The position numbers were made by a program, and so were the translations under genes. Below the pieces are notes generated by a model. The model saw only the letters and a program-made list of their open reading frames with translations, was not told the DNA's origin and searched no databases. Positions 25,101 to 36,374 of a stretch of DNA of 64,000 bases are shown here, in pieces. The first letter of the stretch is position 1; each line of letters starts with the position of its first letter. The DNA is from Vicugna vicugna (Eukaryota): NCBI GenBank assembly GCA_013265495.1, contig MU058345.1:62001-126000 (forward strand). The letters are read 5' to 3'.

Positions 25101-26419
25101 GGCAGGGGGAGGGCACAGCCACAGATGTGAGGCTCGGGGCTGCGGCTGGAGCCTCTGGAATGCAGTGCTGCTCAAGATATCCCGGCTCTGGACAATCCCT
25201 GATTGTGCCCCCTGCTCCGGATGGAAGGAGCTGAGGAATCCGAAGGAGTGAGTGAGGTCCCTCCCAAGGATTATGATTTCCAGGAACAAAGACAGTTTAT
25301 ATAAAGGCGCACTTTCCCCAAATCTCCCAACCCCTTGTGTCCAGTTCCCTCTTCCCCACCCCCATCCCATCCAACCAAGCTGATTTCTAAATTAACTTTG
25401 TCCTTGTAATCAGCTTAGCTGAGTTTTTTTTTTTTTTCCTCTTTTTTTCCCCCTCCTTCCTGAATTCTCCCAGGAACAGCCTGGGGCCCTGCTCGCTCCA
25501 TTACCCAGCATTGTCAAGCCATGAGGTGCTTTTAACTGCTTCTTCCCATTCGATTCGCTTAACTGGGAGGTTATTAAAAGGAAAGAAGCTGAGATGGGCA
25601 GATGAGGGCAGACAGAGAGAGAAGGGAGCGGGGGAAGGCAGGCTGGCAGGGTGAAGCCCCAGAGAGAAGTTGGGGTTTTCTTCATCTTGATTCCTTAGCC
25701 ATCCAGTGGACTCCTGGATCTTAATCCCAAACCCTGAACAATTGACTTGCTGCTCTGTGCCTCACTCCCTGCCTCCCAGGCAATCTACCAGCTTGACTTC
25801 CCTGTGGGATGGGGCGGGGTGGTGGTGGGGACTCCCAGAAGCCCTTGCACCCTCTCCCTCTTTGCTCACCTCCCCAGACACAGACTCCTGTCGGCTCCTG
25901 CTATCAGCGCTATGCTATCAACTCTCTGGCCTCCACCTGCCAGTCAGCTACTGCGGGGAGGATGTTTGATCCTAGATTGAAGTGCCTATCACCCTGCACA
26001 CATCTGGGAATTCTTCCCTCACCAGGCGGTGGGTGAAGGAAGAATACAAATTCATTTTAATGTCAGTTGGAGCCAAATATAATTAGAAAGAAAAATCTGA
26101 CTTTGCCAAAAAAAAAAAAATCGAATGCATTGCAAAGCCAAGTTAAAATGACTTCTGGATTATCTGCACCACTGCAGCTCTCCATTTATGCAGAAAATGG
26201 AGAGGGGAGCCTGTAAAGCCCGTGTCCAAGGGATTTAGTGTGTGCACGTTGTCTTCGGTTTTGTACCAGGATCATGTCATAAGACTGGCCTCTTTCAACA
26301 CAACCTTGGAGTTGGATAACCATTCAAGTGCCCTGGGACCTCCTTACCAGAGGGCCTGTGGGAAAGCCAGGCTTTCCCGAGCGGACACCACATGTGTGAT
26401 CATGATCAAGTCATTTCAC

Positions 26420-26550
26420 TGATGCCTCAGTTTTCTCATCTGTAAAATGGTGACAATAACACCTACCTCTAGGGTTGCTGTAAGGACCAAATGAAGGAAT
26501 CTATGTGGAACATGGTCTGTATTCAGTAAGCCACATTGCACAGTGCTTGC
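26420..26550 (+). mobile_element. MIR SINE
   Basis: tgcctcagttttctcatctgtaaaatggtgacaataacacctaccttctagggttgctgtaagga. Confidence 0.85.
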
Positions 26551-26961
26551 TTTTTACAGCTCTTGAGTCCAAGGCAGAGCTGGGGAAAGCAGACAACAGG
26601 ATGAGTGAAGAACAAATAATGGTGCAAATATGGCTGCGTCTCTGAACTGTGTCAGTAGTGATGTTGGTAATCCCTGAATTTATGATCTCTGAAATGCTGT
26701 GCAGTGGGAGCACTGAGATGGCTGCAGAGCCTAATGGAGATAACCCTGCTTTAGAATTAGGTCTGAGTCCTGGCTCTGAAGACTCAGGGGCCTCTTCACC
26801 TTTGTGAGCCTTAGTTTCCTCATCTGTAAAATGGAGCAATAGCAACCGCTTACCTCTGCTTTCAGTCCTGGGAAAGCACTCCTTAGGCAGTGCACAGTAA
26901 GCATGACCAGAAGGTTTCAACCTCTGAATCTTCAAGAAGTTTCCAACTATGCATGTTAGAA

Positions 26962-27125
26962 CAGTGATTTGCAAACTTTCACGTGCTTATGAAACACTCG
27001 GTGATCTGGTTAAAATGTGCAGATTTTGATTCAGAAGATCTGGGGTCAGGCAGAGTTTCCGCCTTGGCACCAAGCTTCCAGGTGATGCCGATGTTGTTGG
27101 TCCTAGGACCACACTTGGAAGTGTT
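26962..27125. mobile_element. MER5A hAT-Charlie MITE
   Basis: cagtgatttgcaaacttt...gttaaaatgtgcagattttgattcag...caagcttccaggtgatgccgatgttgttggtcctaggaccacactt. Confidence 0.82.
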
Positions 27126-28194
27126 AGAGGATGTGTTCCTTTGGGGACACAGATCTTCAACTTTCTAATGGGAAGCGAGAGGAAATAGAATTCATTTACC
27201 TGAATTCTCTTTTCCGCCAGCTTAGTTGTGTAACAGAGCCCAGATGGATCACTGATTCAGGAGTGTCGATGTGTTTGTTTTAGGGAAGTAGGCAGGAGTT
27301 GAGGGTGGGGAGAGGGTGCAGTGCGTGCCTGCATGCCCATCTTCGGCCCCAAGCCTGACCTGCCCACCTTCCTCCCTGCCTCCTCCCAAGCTCCAGCCTC
27401 CCCTACCCCACCCCACCAAGTCTTCATTCATGCCAACAGCTGCCAGCTGCAAAGTTGAAATGCAGCTAGCCAATAAGTTGGTGGAAACTCCTCCGTATCC
27501 GAGCCAGTTAGTCATTTCCACTTGGTTCTTTTTTTCTTTTAAATAAGGAAAAGTCCTTATAATCCAGCTCTCATTTGGTGGGGATTTGAGGGAAAACATC
27601 TCGACAGAGCTGCTAGCCAGGGCCTGGACCCTGTTAGCTGTGGCTTGGAAATTTGGACTTGAACAAATGGAGACTTGGGAATGAAGGTGGGTCGTAGGCC
27701 TAACTAGGGGCATGGTTTGGAGGGAGCAATGGGGGCCCATTCCTGGGCAGGTCGTTTTCTCACATTCACATAGACCTACCGGCTGGCTCTTCAGGCAATG
27801 TGATGAGCTAACTTCACTATGTGTGCAAAGCCTCAGGCTATAGAGGAAGACCCACAGGCCAGAGAAGAGAGAGCCTTCAGAGTCCTCCTGACTCAGTGAG
27901 GAAAGCTTTGTCCTTATATCTAGGGGATTCCGCCACTAGGGGAAACAGGAACCCCCATCATTTCCCCTTACCCCCCCCCCCAGGAAACTGATTACACTTC
28001 CAGCCGTCTGCAAGTGCGCGTGGGGCCATGTGCAGGCTACACCCATCAGTCCTGAGGGGTTTCAGAGGAAGTAAAGAAGGAGGTGGGATCCATCAGAACA
28101 CATCTTCCTAGAACGTAGAACCTGGGGTCAGGAATGAAGATAGAGAGATGATTCTCGAAGAATCCAAACATCTTTGGACTCAAGATCTCTCTCT

Positions 28195-28414
28195 AGACAA
28201 ACTTATGGTTGCCAGTGTGTAAAGCGGGTGGGAAAGGATAAATCAGGGATGTGAAATTTGTACCTCTTGGGGAGTGATGGAACTGTTAGCTGTCTTGATT
28301 GCAGTGGTGGATTCATGGGTGTATACATCTATCAAAATTCATCAAATTGTACATCTGAAATATGTGTGGTTTACTGTACAGGAATCATATCACAATAAAG
28401 GTGTTTAAAAAAAA
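28195..28414 (+). mobile_element. Chimeric L1 3'-end retroposon
   Basis: Head gacaaacttatggttgcca...ggataaat...atttg resembles the L1 copy at ~5205-5268. The tail is of a different L1M type, with AATAAA at 28394, an A run, and ctctctct on both flanks. Confidence 0.72.
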
Positions 28415-31400
28415 CTCTCTCTTCAGGCAGAACTAACTTGAATCAACCTCAAACATCAGTGTTTGTCCTTTTCTTGAAGGAGATCCTTTTTCATTTGCTC
28501 TCTCTGCCCATTCACTTTCATATCTAATAATCCCTGGCAAGCAGGAAGTTCTTCTTTGTGTCTAACTCGAATCCTTCCTGCTCCTGAAAAAAAAAGTCTT
28601 ACTTGGGACTGTAACTGGGTAAGTCTCCAGTATTCTTTATGTCTGGATAAATAGCATTTTCCCCAATAGGTTCATTTTTCTGTCACTTCAAAGCCAAGTT
28701 CCCTGTGATAGAGAAGCAGGCCCAGAGAGGTCATAGGTGAGACTGTCTCCGAGGCTCCAGTTGACCCAGACTGAGCCGTCTCTTTAGAGGTCAGGTCTGC
28801 TTTCTGACAAACCGCCAAGACTATCTTCCCAGTGTCCCTGGTCAGGGCCAGAAGACTCATGTTCCCAGGAACCTGGCTGAGTTACTATGTCCATACTGGT
28901 CCAGTTTCCCCTTCTCGGTGGCACAGAGCAGCTGGAGGCTGGAGGGCTCTGGTGTCCTTCACTCGGCTGCTGTCTCTGGCTGGTGGCCTTGGGGCCCCTC
29001 CTCCTCCCTCCACAGGGCCAGGCTGAGAAGGCCCTGGCATCTGCTGCTGAACCAGGTACCGGGAAGACAGCGGGGCCTGGAGGGGAGAGGGCAGAGTTCG
29101 GCCTACTCCACAGTCAGGACTGATTCTAGCTTCGGAGCAGGAATATTTTCCTCTTGGAATCACACAGGAATGTCCTCAGCTGGGCCTTGCCTGGGTGGGC
29201 AGGCTGGATCCCAAGTGGCATCAGTGTGGGCAGAGAGAGCAGGGGATGGGGTATCGCCTTTGGTGATGTACTGATTTGGTGAAGGAGTGTGGGCATTTCC
29301 CTAGGATACCGGAGCACTTTAGATAAATGCAGAGTCTTTGCTCTGAGCTTGAACTTGGGGGCAGAGATTTGGTTTCTACTGTGGGATGGCTAATTATAAT
29401 AGTGGAGACACGTTCCCCATCGTCCTCAGGGTCTAAACACACGCCAGGATCATCTAAACAAGGAGGGGTTTTGAACCCTGTTGTACATTGGAACAGGAGA
29501 AGATGGGGAGAGGTACTGGGGCTGTGGGATCAGTTACAGAAGGTTTCCATGAAGGGGCCAGAGGGGAAGATGGACCTGGGTGGACGAATGAGAGGGCAGG
29601 ATCCAGTGTAAAAGAAGGGAGACCACCTACGCGAGGGGGCTCGGTGGAAGAAGAGTGGGAGCTGGAGGAGGGCTTCCCGGCTGGGGCCATGTGGGCTGCA
29701 GTCTCCAGGAACCGGGAGCTGTGGTGTCGCCTTGTCAAGTTGTGGCCCCTGCGGCATTCACACCGGCCGCGTGACGCACTCCCACACGCACAGGCAGGGA
29801 AAGGACTGGTGTGAGAGCAGCTTCTGCTCCCTTGAGGACAGGGCGCAGTGTCAGTCCCCGAAGAGGAGGAGCTGACACATCTTGGGGGGGGGAGGAGAAA
29901 GGAGCACGGCCCTGCGGTCCTCCTGGAGGAGACAGTGGGGAGTTCCCAGTCTGCTGTGGGGCAGCTTGTCTTTGTCTTTCTTTGTCGGGGGGTCGCTACC
30001 CTTTCTCAAGGGTAGCTGTGCCCCGGGGTGCTGGCAGGGCTGCCTGGTGGCCTGGCACGGGACAGTCTGTCCACCAGCACAGACACACGCTCCGCTGCAC
30101 CAGGCTTCTCCCTGCCCCCTCCTGGCCGGAGGCTCCCCGGCCCTCTTCCTCCCTCTGTCCTTCCCTGTCTGTCTCTCTGTCTGTCGGTCTGTCACTCGGC
30201 AGGAGTGAAATGTGCCCTGCTCCTGGAGCATTTGGTGCTTGATAATTTGTGGATTATAGCTAACTCTCGATAAAGAGTCCCCTAATTGCTTGGCTCACCT
30301 CAGGTTCTATCATCAAAGCAAAGCCGTGAGGCCCCCCTCTCGCCCTCCTTTTCTTTTTATTATCTCTTAATTAATCACTCTGGCTTTCACACTTAGCAGA
30401 TAATTACTGTCTCCTGGGCACGCAGCTCATTTTCATAACCTCCTGCTCCAAGCCGGCAGCAGAGGGGGGTGGGGAGGCCGCAGGAGAGAAGGGGCGAGTG
30501 AGTGGGAAGAGAAATGCTGGGGGAGGGTGGGGACAGCAGGCAGCGGGTCGGGGGAGACCAAGGGAGGAGGAGAAAGGGACGTTGGGGCAGCAGCGATGGG
30601 AGACACGTGGAGTGCTGAGCGGAGCATGGGGACCAGAACCCTTAGTTTGTCTGCCAGCCGGCAGGCAGTATGACTGTGCTCCCTGGGGAGGCCCCACCTG
30701 GTCCACCACTGCTGAGCCGCACAAGGCTGGCTCCCTTAGCCTCTCCAGGGGAGGGACACAGCAGGAGATGCACATAGGTTGGTGGCCAGAAAGCTGAATG
30801 AGGAGCAAGAGATGGTCCCAAGCAAAGTTCATTCAAGCAGGTGCTGGGAAGTGAGGCCAGCTGGGGTGGGAAAGGTGACAGGGAAAGGATGGGCAGGGCC
30901 ACCATCCAGTTAGGACGCAAGTCTTGGCCAGGGAGTTTTTCTGTTTTGAGGACAGCAGGACACACACCCTGGAGCTTAAACCTGTGGATATGACCAGGGA
31001 CATGCCTCAGTGATGTGACTGGATGAGAGCGGACGGCCTAACACTTAATCACACCTAGACCTTGTAGGCTTTGTGCCAGTTTTGACAATATACTCATCGT
31101 CCCCATTTCAGAGATGAGGAGAACTGTGCCTCAGAAGACCAGGTGCGGGAGGGAGAGAGCACTGTTCCCGCTGGGCCCTCAGCCCTGACATCACCACGGG
31201 GCGCGGGGCTTTCCTTGGGCTTCCAGCCCAGGGACAAGCAGAGAGGAAGATGTCCAGATGATGGATTTGAGAAGCTGGAGACACAAGAGTTTACACAGAG
31301 GGTTAGACACAGAGCTGGACTGGAACCCAAGGCTCCACCATGAACTCATCTCCCCACTACTGTTCCTCATCGTGTCTCCGTGGCCTGGGCTTCTGCTGGT

Positions 31401-31494
31401 CCGCAGGGAGTGATGGAGAATGGGGAACATCCATTTTTTTTCCCTCTCTATTTTGAATTTTCCATCATGATCCTAGCACAGTGTGCTTGATCTT

Positions 31495-31685
31495 TAGAAA
31501 GAAAGAAACTGGATCCGACTCACCTTTCACTGTTAACTAGCTGTGAGCCCTTGGAATGCCATACAACCCGAGTCTCAGTTTCTTCATTGGCAAATGGTAA
31601 TCTTGAGAAGACTGCAGATGGCATACGTAAAACAGAGGCCCTAGCACATGACAGGGGTTTAACAATAATCGGAGCTGTTACTATT
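31495..31685 (+). mobile_element. MIR SINE
   Basis: actagctgtgagcccttgg...gagtctcagtttcttcattggcaaatgg...cctagcacatga. Confidence 0.7.
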
Positions 31686-32564
31686 ACTACTACTATGGTG
31701 ATGACTGCTACACGGGGACGCACCCAGCCTATGCCTGTAAAAACCACATAAAACACGTTAATTTTTTAAAAAGCTGGTGAGGGAGGGAGGGTCCTTTTGT
31801 TCAACTTCCTCATTAAGGGAGGGCCCAAAATTTCTACCCTCTGCTCCTTCTGGGGAGCGCTAAGGAGCCAAAGCTTGACAACCTAGGCTGCTCTGTCCCA
31901 GTGCAATTTTTCTTTAGACAAGTAAGTTGTCTGTCCCGGCCGGGGCTGCTTCCAGCTCGCAGCTTCTTGGCACCCAGCTCCAGCAGGGCCGATCCTCCCT
32001 CTGCTGACCTCCAGGCCGCAGGCTGCCCACCGTGCCTGCGCCTGCGCCTGCCGCAGAGCCCGCCTGCCCAAGGGTTAAATGTGTCCAGTCTCACAAGCCC
32101 TGCAACTTCCGTCTCCGGCTTCTGGTTTCCCAGGCATTACAATAGGGAATTCTATATTCAGCAGGCAGTATGGCAGAAGGTCTGCACTACAAGTGTAGCT
32201 GTGGATTTTGGCCCCTTCGGGCCTGTCATGGAGTGGCCCTATGCACTGAGCTGGGCCTGCCTTCTTATCACAAAAGGAGAAGGTGAATCTCCAAGTTTCC
32301 TTCTGGCTGCACAATTTTCCGACTCTTTGCCATCCTGTGGGAGTTCACGGAAAGGACTGGTTCTTCCTGAACGAGGCCCTGGATCGCTCTGATTTGGTTT
32401 TTGAGCCAAGGCCAGAGGTAGTGATTTCAGAGCGCCAGAGCTGGGGTGCCCCGGGAGAAGCATTCTTTGGTCGGGAACCAGGGTGGAAGCCAACATTTTC
32501 TACATTTTCAAATCTGATTTGGACTCAGGGTAAGGACAGCAGGCGTGCCCCCCCTCTTGTCCCC

Positions 32565-32567
<3 letters not shown>

Positions 32568-32600
<33 letters not shown>
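32568..32600. repeat. (AC)n microsatellite
   Basis: Read directly from the sequence. Confidence 0.95.
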
Positions 32601-32604
<4 letters not shown>

Positions 32605-34919
32605 CTGCTGTCCTGGGATGGGGATGGTCCAGCCTGCTCTGGGAAGATGGAGGACCCTGGACCAAGGGTGTGGGTGCTTGTGTGTGCATGCTGATAAAAG
32701 TTTCTCCCTTAAGAAACATGGTCTGGCTTCGCCCTGAACTTTAGCTTTGGTCTATGAAAAGGTTTTGCAGAGTCTTGTGGGAACATAAACATTTGGCAGA
32801 TTTCTTTCCCTGAAAGCTATTTCTTCTCCTTTCTTTTTCTGGGAACTTTCGCCAGCAAGATCAAGGCCCCTCCGCCCGCCCCTCCGCCCTCCCCTTTGCC
32901 CGAGACACCCAACCCCCCTCTCTCCTCCTCCCCACCATGAAAACAAAGTGAACTGGTGGGTACTGGGAATCGTCTCTGCGAACCGGGCCAGCAGAAAGGA
33001 GCGAGGCGAAAAGATAGCTCTCCCAAGAGGAGAAATTATAAGAAGGGAGGGGAGAGAGGGAGAGAAAATAAGCAAATGGCATCAGTGGTGAAAAGTGAAT
33101 TCCAGGCATTTAAAATTCTTTTGGTTTTAATCATCTCAGAGGCCGACCAGAGCTGAGCTGTGGGGGAAGGGGAAAAATGAAAACCAGGGCCCTCTCCTAG
33201 GAGCCAGAGCGCAGGAATTTCGGGCTGTCTGTGAAGACCTAAAGCCTTTGCTATGTAAGCGTCTGCATCTGAGCCCTCCGCCTCCCGCATCTGATGCTCA
33301 GAAGGGTTACCTCCTCCAAGGGCCTTTCCTGACTAACCCTCCCTTTATCTCATTTCACAGGCTCAGTTTATACTCAGTTTTAAAGCACTGACCTTTCAGT
33401 TTTCTACCAGATTGCAAGTTCCCCAAGGCCCTGGCTTATGTTTTGTTAAAAACAAAACAAAAATAACAAACAACAAACCCCAGCCTCTTCCATAAGTCAT
33501 GCCTGGGCCTCCTTGGTGAGGGTCAGGGCCCCCAGAGAAGCTCCTGGGCCTGTTTTCTTCATTTGTAAAGTGGATTTGGAGAGATGAGCTGAGCCTGGAA
33601 GAGATTCTAGAAGGAACCAGGGAGCTGGGAGGGAGCCTGGCAGCCTCTCCTCTGTGCTGTGTTCTGTGTTGGGGGCTTTAGAACCGGATCAAGGGCTGTC
33701 CTGTCTTCTTGCCCCTGCCCTCAGGGTTGGGGCTGGTTGTCAGGAAAAGCAGCAGGTGAAGCCCCTGGACGCTGGGGATTCCAGGCTCTCCTCATGTCCC
33801 GGCCAGGGGGACACGGTGGCTTTTAAGGTGAGGGAATGCATCAGGAAATCTTGTCAGCCTGGCGAGGTGATGAGTGGCGAGGCCCAGAGCGAGGCAGAGC
33901 CCAAGGTGAGCCTGCAAAGAAGCAGGAGGACCCTGTCACGTTGCCCTGCTCAGAAGCCTCCTCTTTTCCTAGTCTGGCCCCTCCCTGTGTGCTCAGCACC
34001 TTTCCTCCTGAGCGCCCTGCCTCTGCCGCCCCCTCCCCCGCTCTCTTTCTTCTCCATCTGGGGCAGCTTTTTCCATTCTCCTGACCACTGGCTGTTTCTC
34101 CCACTTTCCCCACCCTCTTTCCCTCAAACTCCATGCTTGCGTGTTGGACTTTGTTTCTTAGAATACACCTCCCACGTCCTTCCTCCAGTAAGGTTACAAA
34201 CATCGAGAGCTCGAGGGTATATGGGAGCTGATCTTAGACTTCGAGTCGGATAACCCGGATTTTCCTCTTCACTCTTCTTGGGCTGTTCGGTCTTGGGCAG
34301 CCATCTGCTCTTTCGGAGGCCATAGAACAAGGAGTTCACTAGATGATGCCTGAGGCACCGGAAGTACCCTTCAGCTTCTGGGGAAGGGAGCAGGATCTGG
34401 AGGTCAGACTGCGCAGGTTCAGACCCAGGACCTTCTGCCGGCATGACCCTGTGCAAGTCCCTTCATCCTGGTGTGGAAGAAGACTGCCATTTGCTTTGTA
34501 GGGCGGTGATAAAGATTCCTGTAAGTAATCTGTGTAGACCGCTTGGCAAAGGTATCTGAGATGCTGTAAGCTGCGGTATAGGTTGGCTCTTACTGTCAAA
34601 TTGAGTCCTGACATTTTATGGTGTGGAGTAATGAGAAGAGCCCTGGCTTTGTAGTCAGAAAACCTGGGTTCAGAGTCCAGCTTCCTTCCTGATTTTTTCT
34701 GTGACCTTGTACAGTTTCATTTCAAGTTGCAAATATAAGTTAATGTAAAGTGTTTGGGTCAAGGGCCCTCTCTCGTGGTCTTGCGTCTTCCCCACCCCCC
34801 TGAACCTAGAACAGTGTCCGCGCAGGCACTCAGGAAATGTGTTACATGACTGACTGAGTATAAGGTACTAAACTAGGAGCGGACGGGAAGATGACTTGCT
34901 CAAGATGGATACAGCAAAC

Positions 34920-35096
34920 GCTTTGTTGTGGGGGGCTGTTCTGTGCACCGTTGGATGTTTAGCTGCATCCTTGGCCTCTACTCACTAGAAGCCAGCAGCA
35001 CCCTCACCTCCCCACCCACTTGTGTGACAATAAAAAATGTCTCCGGACTTTTCCAAGTGTCCCCTGGGATAAAATCCCCCTAGTTGAGAACCACGG
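34920..35096. mobile_element. MER20 hAT-Charlie element nested in a MIR fragment
   Basis: ctttgttgtggggggctgttctgtgcac...ggatgtttagctgcatccttggcctctactcactaga...gtgacaataaaaaatgtctcc...gttgagaaccac. MIR-like sequence on both sides (tgacttgctcaag... / ...gaggcagagctggacttagaa). Confidence 0.88.
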
Positions 35097-36074
35097 AACT
35101 AACCAGAGGCAGAGCTGGACTTAGAAGTCAAGTCTTCTGACTCCCCGTCCACAGCTTTTCCTAAAATGCCACATCGTTGTCCATTTCTCCCTTCACCCAA
35201 GTATTTAGCCTTGACCCACAGCTCATAAAGTTAAGAGAGGTTCATGTTGAGGAGTAAGTAGAGTGTGTCAATCTCTAGCCTAATTTAGAGATGACTGTGT
35301 TTCCACCTAAGCCGTGACTTACCTGTGTATCCAAGCAGACAGGTGGCAAAGACAGCTACCTGGATCAGCAGCTGTCCAGGGGAGAGTGGGCGGAGGCCCT
35401 GACTTCCTTTAGAAACACATGAAGTTTGCGATGAGGGTTCCTGGAAGACCTACCCCCACCTCTGCCTTAAACAGGTAGAAGCGGACCCCTGCAGTGGTAG
35501 ACAGCAGGACTGTTCTGGGTCTCCGGCACCTGCTGCATCTCCCTCTTCTCCCCTCACGCCATTCCCCCACTCTCCACCCCCACCAGCTACAGCTGCTGGG
35601 ACTCCCTGATGGCCCAGGGCACCTCAGAGCACAGTTTGACAAGCACAGGTTTAATCCGAGCCCTGAAAGTTACCAACGAAAACCAAGACTCAGGGGTGTG
35701 ACTCCCTGCCCCAGATCAGACACAAGATCTAGAAAGTTCTATCTTCACCCCACCACCCACTACCCAACACACATCCCTCTCAGCAGCTTGAAAAAACCAC
35801 TTCACCTCCACAGAGCTCCCTGCCTCCTCTGACTATTCCCAGTTGCACAGATCAAAGTGTCCTCTCCAGGGGTGGGAAGGGGAGGAGGGGATGAGATAAG
35901 GAATCTGTTACCCATTAGTCACTAGAGGAACTGAGGCACAGAGAGGAAGGTGGTGGTCCCCAGAGACTCTTGGGTGACACTGCTTCTGGGACTGTCAGCA
36001 GATCCCCCAGCCCCCCCCAGACCTGTCCTTATCCTTCAACCTCTGCCCCCCACCCTCCTAAAGGGCCCACTCTT

Positions 36075-36374
36075 GCTGCCATGGCAACCAGGGGATTAGG
36101 GCCAGCTAAGGACTTGGGAGAGGGCTTACGGAGGAGGCAGGTGGAAGGAGGAAATGAGAGAATGAGGTGATGATAAGGAAACAGAGCCGGGTTGGGGGAG
36201 TGCAGGGCAGAGAAGAAGGTGAAAGGAAGGGAGGGGATGAGAGAAACCTCATCCATCCTAAGAGAAAAAAGGAGGGAGGAGTGGGGAGGGAAGAGAGAGA
36301 GAGAGAGAGAGAAACCTCAACTTTTATTTAAAATCAGAGAGCAGTTGTACGCCTGGAGTCGTTGCTATGGCAAC
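36075..36374. promoter_or_regulatory. Pair of RFX X-box motifs
   Basis: GCTGCCATGGCAAC (36075-36088) and GTTGCTATGGCAAC (36361-36374), each 13/14 to the palindromic consensus GTTGCCATGGCAAC. Confidence 0.62.
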
